From assembly GCF_006345805.1 (NCBI RefSeq), contig NC_043013.1, positions 54,126,001-54,190,000 on the forward strand: DNA of 64,000 nt, written 5' to 3'. Shown piece by piece: positions 52,741 through 64,000 of the stretch. The stretch is from Octopus sinensis. Its lineage: Eukaryota. Numbering within the stretch: position 1 is the stretch's first letter; every line of letters starts with the position of its first letter. Position numbers and translations under genes: made by a program. The notes under the pieces are model-generated. The model searched no databases. It worked only from the letters and a program-made list of their open reading frames with translations, and was not told where the DNA came from.

Positions 52741-53653
52741 TCTTTCTAAAGAAATGTCTAACTAGTAAACTTTTCTCACCTGAAAGGCTGCTAATTGCAT
52801 GGATCTGATTCCTTTCCCTAGTGTCATTTTCTCCTTTGCTCTTCCTCCTCTCCAACTTGAACCTTCCACTCTTAAAACTTCATATTAACCAATGACTTTT
52901 TCATCTTGCTGTTTATACTCATCATTTCTAATTTAAGCACAAAGCCAGCAATGTTGAGACACAGAGCCATACAATACCATCGGCATGCAGTAATTAACTC
53001 ATACTTACTTCACCTAACCCCCTCTCACAAGGATAACATATGAATGAAACATCAATTTATGTTTTATCTCTGTGATTTAAACATTGGAAATCGTAGAATG
53101 ATATTAAAAATACCGTAAATTTATTTTCAAAAGAAAAAATTTGAACTATCAAGCAACAATATCTATTTTGGTGAAATGTGTGTATTCCTAGCAGTGTTGT
53201 TTGCTGTATGGTTAGTTTAAATATATACTAGTATTGTAGTATTTTGGTGGTTAGTTATAGCGATGGGTTCTGTGTTACATGGTGAACCTACACCTCTCTA
53301 TAAGCATTACTAAAAAACAAACAAGCATTGAAACTTTAAGCTATTTCTGTCCACAATTTGGCTTCTACATGATTAAATCTTTGTTTCTGAGTGTGTATTA
53401 TTGGATTTGAAAACAAATTATGACCAGATTATATCATGATATAGCAAGAACAGAATTATTATAAAGAAAATCACTCACTTTTCAGTCCTTATTTTTGGCA
53501 GTTTCCCATTATTCTGCCATTCCAGCCAGCACCATAGCATTCACGTGGAGTGTGCAGTGCTATCTTGAAAAAACTGCCACAATATTTCATAACAGGAGAC
53601 AGAAAAAATTAGTTTCCTATCATGATCCATGATTATATTATTGAGTGAGTTTA

Positions 53654-53687
<34 letters not shown>

Positions 53688-56600
53688 CATATAGCATGCG
53701 TGTGTGTGTGTGTAGCCATCACTGAGCACAAGCAGACTATATACACCTCTGATTGAATATAAGACAACTAATATAGATGTAACACTGATTGGATTACATT
53801 GATACAAATGTCTTATATAGCTTCATGGCTGCATTAAATGTATATCAATGTCGGCCTCATACAATTCAGGTGGCATAAAATGTATATTGCTATATCTTGT
53901 ATATTGCTATAACTATTTATAGGATTGAATTACATGTATATTAATATCAATGTTACACAACAACATGTTTGAGTTGAATGTAGATGTCCAATCGGTTGAG
54001 CTTTTAGAGTGTCAAAGAGATTGTTTTGCTGTTGAAATCCTGCCAAACTCAACTTTGATTTTCTTCCTTTCAGACGTGATAAAGTACAGGGATCACCTTT
54101 TATCTTTCTGTAGCTCATTCTTTCTGTTTGTCTCTTCCTCCTCTTCTGGAAAAAACCAGTCTGTAGTCTATTCTGGAAAAGGACAGGTTCTGTGAGAACT
54201 AAAAATGCTCAAGACAAAGCCATATTCTAAGATATGTGAGTCTGTCAAATAGTTAAGGACCCATGGTAGGGCATATATTCATATGAAATATACATTGATA
54301 TACCTTATATAGCTCCATGATTGTGCTAAACTGTGGCTTATATAGCTAAGTGGGCGTGGCATCATTGTTATATAGCTACATGGTTGAGTTAGCATGTATC
54401 GTATAGAGCTGCATAGTTGGCTGGTTAAGATGTTTGCTTTTCAGTCAAAAGCTTCTTGATTTGAGCTCACCATATGGTGCTTTGGAAAAGTGTTTTTACT
54501 AGCATAGTGTCAGATTGAGTAATGTGGTTGTGAAAACAGTGAAGACGGTCCCTGGAGGAACTTTATCTGTAATTCAAAGACTCAGCTTCTTACCCAGTGA
54601 CACACAGAGTTTGCCTAAAGATCACATTTAAAGAAACATACCTGAGGGTGTGCAATGGGTATTCAAGGCCCTCAAACACAGCACAATATGTAAAGAGAGT
54701 CCTGTGGGCTGGACCAACTGAAATATTCATTCATTGAAATCAGAATGACTATCCATTCATGCAGTATAAGTCCCTATTAAATATTAACAATAACTAAACT
54801 GAATATTGGCTATTTAGTCCAGTTATTCATGTTTTGCGTTAATATCACCCATTGTTTTTGGACATATGAATACCAGTAATATATACAGTTTGATTCAATT
54901 GGCAATGCATTCCTCTACAGAGTAATCTTCTGTTTCATCAAAAGAAATCAATAGCAGTGATGTTTCTACAAGTGGAACAAAACAAATTGCACGATTCTGA
55001 AATATCAAATATATCCGAGTGTGTAAATACCCTACATAAATTGTACAGGCAAAGTTGTTATGCAAAAATTAAACATCCATAATTTCATAGATTCATAAGA
55101 TGAATTGGAATATAAAACTATTTAGCATGAATAACTACCGAATCTATAATTAACTTTTGTTGTGCTACACACATTTATTGATTTTGAATTGATAAGAATG
55201 AGTTGCATTTCAATAATTTCGTTTTACCCAGAAATACAGCTACTCAGTAATTATTTCCTGGTAAAATGTTTACAATAATGGCACTATTAGTTCTTATTAA
55301 GTAATTCAATGTCCTTTGATATCATTCAACAGACAGTTCTGGTACAAATATGGAGCAAGTTCCTTCTGGTCAGAGAAGCTCACACAATTTATGATACACG
55401 CATGCACACACATACACACGCATGTGTGTGAGTGTTCTTTTTATATTTTGCAAGAAATGGTTTTATTTTATTGAAGAAAGCATTTTGATGTGTGCACGTT
55501 CAAATATAATTTTAATCATTATAATAATTCACATAAATTAGCTTGATCACATTGCCTTAAACAAATACAGTGTCAAAGAGTAAAAAATATGTATATTTAT
55601 AAACACATATTCATAATTTACATGCATATATTTATATACAAATGCACAAATGTTCAAGTGTGTGTGTATACTCTCACACACAAACATGTTCATATGGATG
55701 TATTTATAAATATTCATAAGAGTCGTTACCAGGAAAGATATTTTAACTTCCAGTGGTATATTTGGATGTTGTACAGTATAGTGGAAGATCAAAATGAAGG
55801 AATGAATAGAACTATATTATTTTCTTTCCTCTCTTCCATGCTGTGTTATAAGTACATTCCATCCAATGTTTATCTCAGAAGAAGTCCATACATGCAGAGA
55901 CACCTTACTAGATTCCACTGGTTTATGTCTTTAACACTCAATCATATTTTAAACACTTTTGCATTCGCATTTTCATTCAAATAAATGTTGCACATCAAAC
56001 AAGACACAACTCATTCTTCTCCAGCCTCTTCTTCTCAGATCCTCCTTCATGCTCAACACATGGACCTCATTGCTATTCATTGTCACACATTCAGAATATT
56101 CCAAAGAAAACTGTTCTTGAAAGTTGAAACAGGCATAAAAACAAAAATACTTTTCATGAAGAATTAAGGGAAATGTTCCAAATATGGAAATTGTGCTTTG
56201 AATGAAAAAAAGCTTAAAAGTTTTAGCTAACAAGAAAGAATACAGAACTTTTACTATTTTCTGAGAAGTGGCTGTGGTAAATATGCTGAAGATGGAAACT
56301 GTGAGTACATAAAATATGGAGTAAGAATCAGGTTGGCAGAGAATAAGGATTTCATATGTTGCAGGTGAATAAGAGGAGTAATCATCATCCTTGTTTCATG
56401 TTCAATTTTCCACTCTTGTTTGGGCAAGATGGAATTCATTGAAGCAGATTTTCTATGGCTGGATGCTCTTCCAGCTGCTGAGTCTTATCTGCTGTCAAGC
56501 AAAGTAATATTTCCCAATGGCCTGACATGATTTTCATGAAAGACTGGAAATGAACAACACTTGTATGATGGTGATGTTTCTTTAGAATCAGCATATGAGG

Positions 56601-57179
56601 CCAAGACAAGGACACACACACATGATGGGCTTCTTTCAGTTTCCATCTTACCAAATTTACACATGATTTTCGCTGGCCCAGAGCTATAGTAGATAGCAGA
56701 CATTTGCCCAAGGTGCTGTGCAGTGGGACTGAACTGAAGACTACATGACTGGGAGGCAAACCTCAAATCCACACAGCCACATCTGTGCCTTTAAGTGCAA
56801 TGGAATTCTATCAACTGACTGAAAGCCCACCTCCACAAGAAATTGTTGACTGTTCTGTTACTTAGGTGACATAATTAGCGATGAAGGTGGATATTGAAGA
56901 AGTGTAGAAGACATTATCAGTACAGGCTAGAAGGTCAGGGAGTTATAACTTTCCCTGATGACAAAGTGTTTCTCTCTGTGGGTGAAGAGACGATTGTAAA
57001 GATGGGGATGAATGGACTGCAATGTTGCATGGTAGTGCAAAATGGCCGTTGGATATGTAGGATGAATGAAGGTTGCAAAGGGGCTCTGTTGGATGTGCAA
57101 TGTTAGCTTGCATGAAATGTGCTAAGAAAACACTGGGTACAGGAAGAATCAGAAAAAAAGACTCCACTGGTATGCACGT

Positions 57180-57600
57180 ATGAGGCCTATGATGGATGAG
57201 AGCTGGAAGAAGTATTAAGCAACACAGGTGTTAGGAACCGGTGAAACCAAGTAATCTGAGGATGTTGAACCTCATGAAGAAGATGAGAAACCTGAGAAGG
57301 TGGTCTGAAACTGTAGTGGGAAAATGAACTTAATATAATGACTGTAAATTCACGATGCAGTGTAGGCCGGCCACTTCTATGGTATAAGGACGAATTCAAA
57401 GATAATTTGGAACACCTGAATATTAGGAGAGAAAACATTGAAAAATTTGTGAGAGAGTTCTTTATCCAGCTCCAAGATTTCAAAACTCAAAGGGTAATTC
57501 ATCAAGACCAGTTATGTAAAAACAGGAAGATAAACCAACAGAACAACTGTCTTCCTTCAAACTGCCAGTGTCCACATTGTAATTCATCATCCTAATTACA
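57180..57600 (+). mobile_element. RTE (BovB-like) LINE 3' remnant
   Basis: ORF 57338..57595 contains RCSVGRPLLWYKDEFKDNLEHLNI...KNRKIN...PSNCQCPHC. This fits the GRPxxRxKDxLKxxL motif and terminal CPxC zinc finger of RTE ORFs. Confidence 0.65.
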
Positions 57601-57719
57601 TGCTGGTTTAATAAGTGATGCTCATAAATATATTAATTATGGTGGCCTTGTGAATTACATGGGGAGTCATCAGGTGAAGTGAATGAATTGTAAATATTGG
57701 TGAATAGTAGTAAGAACGA

Positions 57720-58050
57720 TGTGAGTGTGGTGCTGGTTTTCTGTTGAGTAGTATTACTCCAGAGGTCTTCTGAATGAACCCTATTTTGACTGTTTGTATT
57801 TTTTATCATAACTTTCAGTCATTACACAATGTTTGTGACCCTTGGTGAAGATAGGCACAAAAACAGAATTGAAGATAGTGAGCCTGGCATTTTTGCCAAC
57901 CTCCCCTTTTCTGAAGATCGAATGCCAGAGCTGGCACCAGAGCTGCACCAGAACCAGCAATTCTAGCATCCATTTCAGACCCAATGAGTTGGAGTTTTAT
58001 GTGAGGAATATGATAATTAGGTTTGGTCAACATAGCAAGGAGATTGGAAA
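57720..58050 (-). mobile_element. Expander/Rex3-like RTE remnant
   Basis: Frameshifted SEMDARIAGSGAAL / RKGEVGKNARLTIFNSVFVPIFTKGHKHCVMTE, resembling the recalled Expander pattern EIDRRIGAASAV...KELSRKAKLSIYxSxYVPTLTYGHELWVMTE. Confidence 0.65.
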
Positions 58051-58769
58051 CTACATTTTTGGATTTCTTTTCTTTTTGGGTTCTTTTTGCAGTTTTGAAA
58101 GCTGGTTAGGCATTAATTGGTTGGAGAGAGGAGTAGGGTTTAAGTGGCTCTTCTATGTAGATGTGAGGTTATATGGTGTCAGCGTGGGTGTAATTTTTAG
58201 TTTTTTATTTACTGCTGGTTCAACTGTTGGTATGTAGTTCTATTGGCCATCATTTCAAATGTTATGGGAATGCTGGTGGAAATAGGAGCAAGTTGTTGAC
58301 CTCTTTGGAATCTGTTGTCTGTTGAGGAATGGTTGGATGTTTTGAGAATTAATTTATAAGTCATAATCGTTTAGCAGTGACAATAATAGATGGAATCAAG
58401 GTGATGACTAACAAAATGAATGCGAATGAAAACAGGAAATAAATGAAATAGAGTGAACAAATATAATGGAGTGATGAAGAATAAAAAAGATAATTTTAAA
58501 ACTATGAAAGAAAAGATCATAGAAATAGGGAATAAAATGTAGGAAACAGAAGATGAATATATGTAAAAATACAGAAATATAAACAAATGCTGTTAATAAT
58601 AATAATAATAATAATAATTTTTGTATGTCTTGGTATGAAAGATGGGCTACAGCAAATATTCTGATCCATACCACCGACTTGCTTGTTAGTTGCTTGACAT
58701 TAACTAATTCAGCCTTCGTGGCTGACAATATGTGCATCTCTGATCACAAGCAGAAGTAAGTGGGGGGAG

Positions 58770-58992
58770 CACTAAAACACGTAAGATACTGTCTGTGTAA
58801 TCTCAAATTTATTATTTTCTTATGTTTTCTTAAACATTCTCTGTAACAATACCTCGTGTAAAACCAAATATATGGCACCCTAGGCATAACACCAACAGGA
58901 ACTTCTAATTTGTTGTCCCTTGAGGTCTTTGGGTGAGACTCGGAGCCAACTTGTATAAATACAAAGCAAAAGTCAAACATGTAATAATAATT
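58770..58992 (+). mobile_element. R4/Dong-like non-LTR retrotransposon 3' end with (AAT)n tail
   Basis: Reads TKTRKILSV*SQI (compare the R4/Dong C-terminus GTAHILRKxLSM*), then a 3' UTR ttgaggtctttgggtgagactcggagccaac...caaaagtcaaacatgtaataataat. Confidence 0.55.
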
Positions 58993-58994
58993 TC

Positions 58995-59530
58995 AGGCAG
59001 TGTTTCTCATGGCTTCTGATCTTAACTTATTGGAAGTGTTATCATGTACATTGTTTTGTCTTGGTATAAAAGATGGGCTACAGCAAATATTCTGCTCAAT
59101 ACCAGATTTGCTTGTCAGTTGTTTGGCCTTAATCAGTTGAGCATGTCCCTTTGTGGCTGATGATATGTACATTTCTGATCATGAGCAGAAGCAGTGGGAG
59201 GGGGAGCATCATAGCCATGTGTTGAGACGAATTCTTTGGGGTTTGGATAATTCACCTCTGGAAACATGGGTGTTTCATTCAACATCCTTAAACAACCCTC
59301 ATTCGGGGACCTTTTGAGCAGGTTGAAGAAAATTCTAACTGGGTCCCACCAGCAAGGTTATGCGCTGTTAATCTTGATATGAGATCACCATGTCGTGCCC
59401 ATATGGTTGTGATGCATGTGCCTGGTGTACCCTTATCAGATGGGTAGTCATGATGGGTATACTGGGCTTCGTATATCTGTACCCCAGTGTCACTTTGATA
59501 GCATGCACTGCTCTCTCACTCAATAATAAT
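58995..59530 (+). mobile_element. Longest copy of the (AAT)n-tailed family E retroposon
   Basis: From tttcaggcagtgtttctcatggc through gtcttggtataaaagatgggctacagc to cactgctctctcactcaataataat. Shorter copies lack the 5' part. Confidence 0.75.
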
Positions 59531-59534
59531 GATT

Positions 59535-60000
59535 TCAAATTTTTGTTACAAGGGCAGCTTGGGGGAGGGGCTTGTCAATTACATCAACCCTAGTACATAA
59601 CTGGTACTTATTGAATCCACCCCAAAAGGATTGAAGGCAAAGTCAACCTCAGCAGAATTTGAAATCAGAATATAGTGGCAGACGAAATACCACTAAGCAT
59701 TTCGCTTGGTGTGCTAACAATTCTGCCAGCTCACTGCCTTAAATAATAATGATAATAATAATAATAATAATAATAATAATATCGAATTTTTGCACAAAGC
59801 CAGCTGTTTCAGGTGAAAGGGGAAAGGGATAAGTTGCTTACATCGACCCCAGTTTCCAGTTGGTACTTAATTTATCAACCCCCAAAAGGATGAAAGGCGA
59901 AGTCAGCCTCAGCAGAATTTCTACTCAGAACATAAGGGCAGACTAAGTGCCACTAAGCATTTTGCTTGTCATGCTAACAATTCTACCAACTCACTACCTT
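59535..60000 (-). mobile_element. Two tandem Meta-like SINEs separated by (AAT)n
   Basis: Two inverse heads (gtgctaacaattctgccagctcactgcc about 59712-59740; atgctaacaattctaccaactcactacc about 59971-59999) with (AAT)n between them. Confidence 0.8.
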
Positions 60001-60088
60001 ATGTCAATGATAACAATAACCTTAATAATAATTATAACAATAACAATAATAATAATAATAATAATAATAATGATTATAATTATGATTA

Positions 60089-60145
60089 GGCCGACCAAAG
60101 CCTTGTGAGTGGATTTGGTAGACGGAAACTGAAAGAAGCCTGTCG

Positions 60146-60210
<65 letters not shown>

Positions 60211-60410
60211 CTGTGTTTGTCCCCCTAGCATTGCTTGACAACCGATGCAAGTGTATTTACGTCCCCGTCACTTAGCGGTTCGGCAAAAGAGACCGATAGA
60301 ATAAGTACTGGACTTACAAAGAATAAGTCCCAGGGTCGATTTGCTCAACTAAAGGCAGTGCTCCAGCATGGCCGCAGTCAAATGACTGAAACAAGTAAAA
60401 GAGTAAAGAG
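60089..60410 (+). mobile_element. 5'-truncated CORE-like SINE (family B)
   Basis: Starts ggccgaccaaagccttgtgagtgg after an AAT run and has a near-consensus body and tail. Confidence 0.85.
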
Positions 60411-60959
60411 TCAAGTATGATAATAGTGATAATGATGTCAATAATAGTGGGAAACAAATGTTAAAACTTTGAGAAAAAATTCTTACTCTCAGAAACATCT
60501 TTTACAAATAATTTCAAACCAAAAAGTTCTTATGGAAAAAAACCCCACCTAAACAGCTCTTTGAAAAAATCACATTCCTGAAGAGTTTTTTTTTTTTTTT
60601 TGCAAAAAAATACTTTGTAAAACATCAGAAATAAATAATAAAATATATTGGAAAAAATCAATAAGACAGTTTTTTTTTAGATAGAGAATTTGTGCTGCAA
60701 AATTGTGGTAATATAAAAGTGCAAGGGTTTTATAGACTTGGAAAGTGGGGTAAAGGTGGGGGTGGATGTAATGATACAATAATGAGAATAAATTGGAGAT
60801 ATTCTGATTATAATGAATAAAACAGTAACGATGAATGCAATAGCTCTTATAAGATAATATTGGTGCTGACAGTAAAAGGTGATTAAGAGGCCGAACATGT
60901 AAAGGTTAAAAAGGAGGGGGTGCATATTCCAGATATGTGTATGTACACACACACACAGA

Positions 60960-61160
60960 GTGAATAATCTCATGGTTCAGAGGAACATCTTAGAGAGGTG
61001 GGATTAAAGAAATGTTAAGATTAAGATAGATGTAGAAAGAATTGAGCGAATTAAGGATTCTAATGATCTTTGGATATTTTGTCTTGTTTTATGTATGGAA
61101 TGCTGAGAATATTGGGAGGTTGGTAGCATGGTTTTAAAAAGAATTTTGACTTCCCGTGTG
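60960..61160 (-). mobile_element. Penelope-like RT thumb-region remnant
   Basis: ORF 61004..61207 contains PTSQYSQHSIHKTRQNIQRSLESLIRSILS, resembling the Penelope PTDxxQYLHFxSxHPxHTKxxIPxSLAxRIxxIxS pattern. A similar relic lies at about 58060-58380. Confidence 0.45.
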
Positions 61161-61211
61161 TGAGTGAATGTGTATATAGAAATAAAACCAAATATCTCAG
61201 TATGCATATAC

Positions 61212-61590
61212 TCTTTTACTTGTTTCAGTCATTTGACTGCAGCCATGCTGGAGCACCGCCTTTAATCAAGCAACTCGACCTTGGGACTTATTCTATCAGT
61301 CTCTTTTGCCAAACCGCTAAGTAATGGAGACATAAACACACCAGCATCGGTTGTCAAGCAATGCTAGAGGGACAAACACACTCACACAAACACACACACA
61401 CGTATATATATATATATATATACATATATACGACGGGCTTCTTTCAGTTTCCGTCTACCAAATCCACTCACAAGGCTTTGGTTGGCCCGAGGCTATAGTA
61501 GAAGACACTTGCCCAAGGTGCCACGCAGTGGGACTGAACCCAGAACCATGTGGCTGGTAAACAAGCTACTTACTACACAGCCACTCCTTC
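61212..61590 (-). mobile_element. Full-length CORE-like SINE (family B)
   Basis: Inverse of 16726-17162, from ctcttttacttgtttcagtc to ctacacagccactccttcgcc. Confidence 0.88.
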
Positions 61591-62539
61591 GCCTATATAT
61601 ATATATCTTTTTCACTAGCCAAAAGTTACATTGGACCGAGTTTGGGCATGGCATTTCATATGCATGTGTGCTTGCATATGTGTCTGTGTGTACATATCTG
61701 GGATGGCTAAATCATGGATTTTTAACAATGAATATATGTGGATGGTGGAGATATGCTGGCTGAGCTTTTTTTTTTAATCATAGTATAAAGGTTATGACAG
61801 AAAAAACATTCAACCTTTATTCATTGGCTTTGAATTGATACCAGCAGTGCAGTGCTGTGAGAACAACTTTTCTTACTTCTGTGACAAGGAGAAACAGCAC
61901 TCCAACTATTTCAAATAAACTCAAATATAAAATTCTAATGATTCTTTTTCATTTTGCTCTTCTATTTTAGTTTTCCACTCTCTGACTTTCTCACCAGGTT
62001 TCCCCATTCAAGTTGTTACCAGGTAGATACATATAAGTTTATAAGGATATGTCATTTGCCTAGGGAATAGTATTTCCACTGCTCTCTTTCAAAATATGCT
62101 GCTGTGAGTCACATACATTTGAAAGTGACAACAAAAGGGGAAATTTATTTGATGTCTCTTCTTTATCTTTCACTTCTTCTCACATTTCTCCTTTCACAAA
62201 GTTCATTGTTGCATTACCTGCTTAAAATAATACTGATATCACCTATTAACTCAATAATTTATATCATTTTACTTCATGATGAAGTCCCCACCACCACCAA
62301 CAACACAGCAACAGAAACAGTTAGAAACAATTGTGCTTGAGTAAGGCATTGTTCTTTAGTGCTGTGAGTAAGAAAGATAAGATGTAGAGAGATTAAAGAA
62401 ATTTCAGAATGACAGGAGGTGTAGAGCGATTAAAATTGAAGGTCAGCAAGGGTAACCAAAGAATCTCAGACGATTGAACTCATGACCAAGAAGGTTAAAA
62501 TAAACGTTTGGATGCATGGGGATGTGTGAGACTGGTCAC

Positions 62540-63420
62540 AGATGGCCCTGCTTGCACTCTTGTCATGTAGTTCATAGTCTTTGGATACCATTATTGTCCC
62601 ATAACTTTCAATAGCGACCTCTTCCATAGGTTTTAACCACTTCAAGCATTTGGCTCTTCATTACACAACTGACATCGTTCACACACGTCACAGGCTCAAA
62701 CCTGTCTAGTTTTCTCCTTTGCACACAACCTCTTATTCTTCTTGAATCCAGATTTCAATTCAGTTTATTTGTGCATCATTATTCGTGCATTCTACCATTA
62801 CACATCCATTGAAGCTAGCTTATTTCCCTACTTTCTGTCCATCATAAATATTCCACATTTAAGTCCCACATCTGACTGATTTGCATTACACTTTGTACAC
62901 AAGCATCATACAAAAAAAAACTCTCTTACTCAGAAAGAGAGAAACCCTGGCTACTACATTTTCAGAACATTCACCTCTGCTGTTAATTATGTCACCTATT
63001 TAACAATAAGCTATTGACTACTTTCAGGTAACACTCCAGACATTTGATGGAATTTATTCTCTATTCATTCTTTCTGCTAATTACCTTTTTGTATCTGCTA
63101 GACATAGTTACAATCGGATAGCATGTAGGCTAGCAGAGATGTTTACCTTTTCTACTTGCTTGTGTGTTATTCCACCTTAGCTCTTATCCATTCATATTTT
63201 ATTTTGTGTACACCACACTGAATTTCTACCAATGCCTCTCCGGCATATCAAGCATGGATGTTTCCCTGGTGGTTGTAAGATCCTAGCTTCTTTCCTACTT
63301 TCTAAATCTACCCTTTACTAAGTTTTCTCTGATGTGTTTTAATATTTGGCTTTGATTCCTTGTCCAGAATTTCTTCTCTAAATCTTCTCTAGTATTATTA
63401 ATTGGCTCAAACTTTGCAAA
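62540..63420 (-). mobile_element. Decayed RTE LINE 3' half, tail to tail with a plus-strand RTE end at about 62380-62530
   Basis: The minus strand has agagaagatttagagaagaaattctggaca (ExLExKFxxW) near 63360-63390 and ...gtggttaaaacctatggaagaggtcgc (TYGRGR) near 62610-62640. Confidence 0.55.
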
Positions 63421-64000
63421 CCAATATTCCAAGCATGCTAGGCAAGTAATAGATTATCCAAATAAGATATCTTCGGAAAGTCATATTAGGATATTAATCA
63501 TGGCATTTAAAAAAAAGGGACTCAATTTTAATGAAAAAGCATTTTATTTAATCAAATTTTTGGCAGGATAAATAATTAAATGTGAGGAATATTTATGTAT
63601 TTATTTTAATGCTGGCCAATCTAATATTTTCTCCATAATGCTGAAGAATATAATGCTTGTAAATTCACACAAAATTCGATGTCAGCTCATTATAGACATG
63701 AGGGAGAAATAAACAACACAGAATTATTCACTTCTTTCATGTGTTATTTAGTGGGGGGGGGTTTATGTTAAGCAATTTTTAAAAGTTTTTTCTCTTTAAT
63801 TCTCTTCAAAGCATTTACAATGATCAGCATTTTAAAATTTCATTATTGATTGGCAACAGCTACAAATACTTTCAATCGACTAACTAACATTACAATAAAA
63901 TCCTCTGTGGATCCATGCAGTTTTACACATGGATCATTACCACATGTATTTTATGGATATGATGATAATTCATCATTATAGAAGTTGAATTATTCAGAAA

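Noticed and set aside
53480-53560. Exon-like segment on the minus strand with donor AAAA|gtgagt; one frame reads ECYGAGWNGRIMGNC, faintly TSR-like
   Set aside because: That frame hits TAA before the donor. The only frame open to the donor (MLWCWLEWQNNGKLPKIRTE) ends in phase 2, lacks TSR or signal-peptide character and cannot join exon A (phase 1).
57842-58237. 131-aa plus-strand ORF, among the longest in the track
   Set aside because: It is antisense read-through of Expander-like and Penelope-like remnants.
59000-60410. Repeat-spacer-like alternation that could suggest a CRISPR array, and tRNA-like A/B boxes throughout the window
   Set aside because: The units are SINE/LINE copies separated by microsatellites in eukaryotic DNA. 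The A/B boxes belong to SINE heads with no complete cloverleaf.
45384-64000. Search for the exon preceding exon A
   Set aside because: No Cys/Trp-patterned frame ending at a phase-1 donor was found by eye. A short or divergent exon could have been missed.

Overview
AT-rich, microsatellite- and retroposon-dense eukaryotic DNA. The SINE families look like those of Octopus (coleoid cephalopod); this assignment is from memory of repeat sequences, not a search. The whole window appears to be the interior of one minus-strand gene encoding a THSD7A/THSD7B-like thrombospondin type-1 repeat (TSR) protein. I read five GT-AG exons (45383-45198, 37447-37239, 29623-29431, 21930-21735, 6727-6612; 900 nt, about 300 codons). 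They splice in frame with matching phases across introns of about 7.8, 7.6, 7.5 and 15 kb. No start or stop exon was found. Only two exons appear, in part, in the supplied ORF track; the other ORFs look like noise or decayed transposon fragments. The introns hold tRNA-derived SINEs (Meta-like and CORE-like), RTE LINE remnants, Penelope-like fragments with a minimal hammerhead ribozyme motif, R4/Dong-like and other (AAT)n-tailed retroposons, a non-autonomous Helitron, hAT MITEs, a foldback MITE and a pogo transposase relic. I found no novel protein system. The most interesting leads are RNA-structural: hammerhead motifs, inverted repeats bracketing the 15 kb intron, and an inverted SINE pair around a 402-nt stop-free exon pair. 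Exon coordinates are exact; repeat boundaries are approximate (about 10-30 nt).
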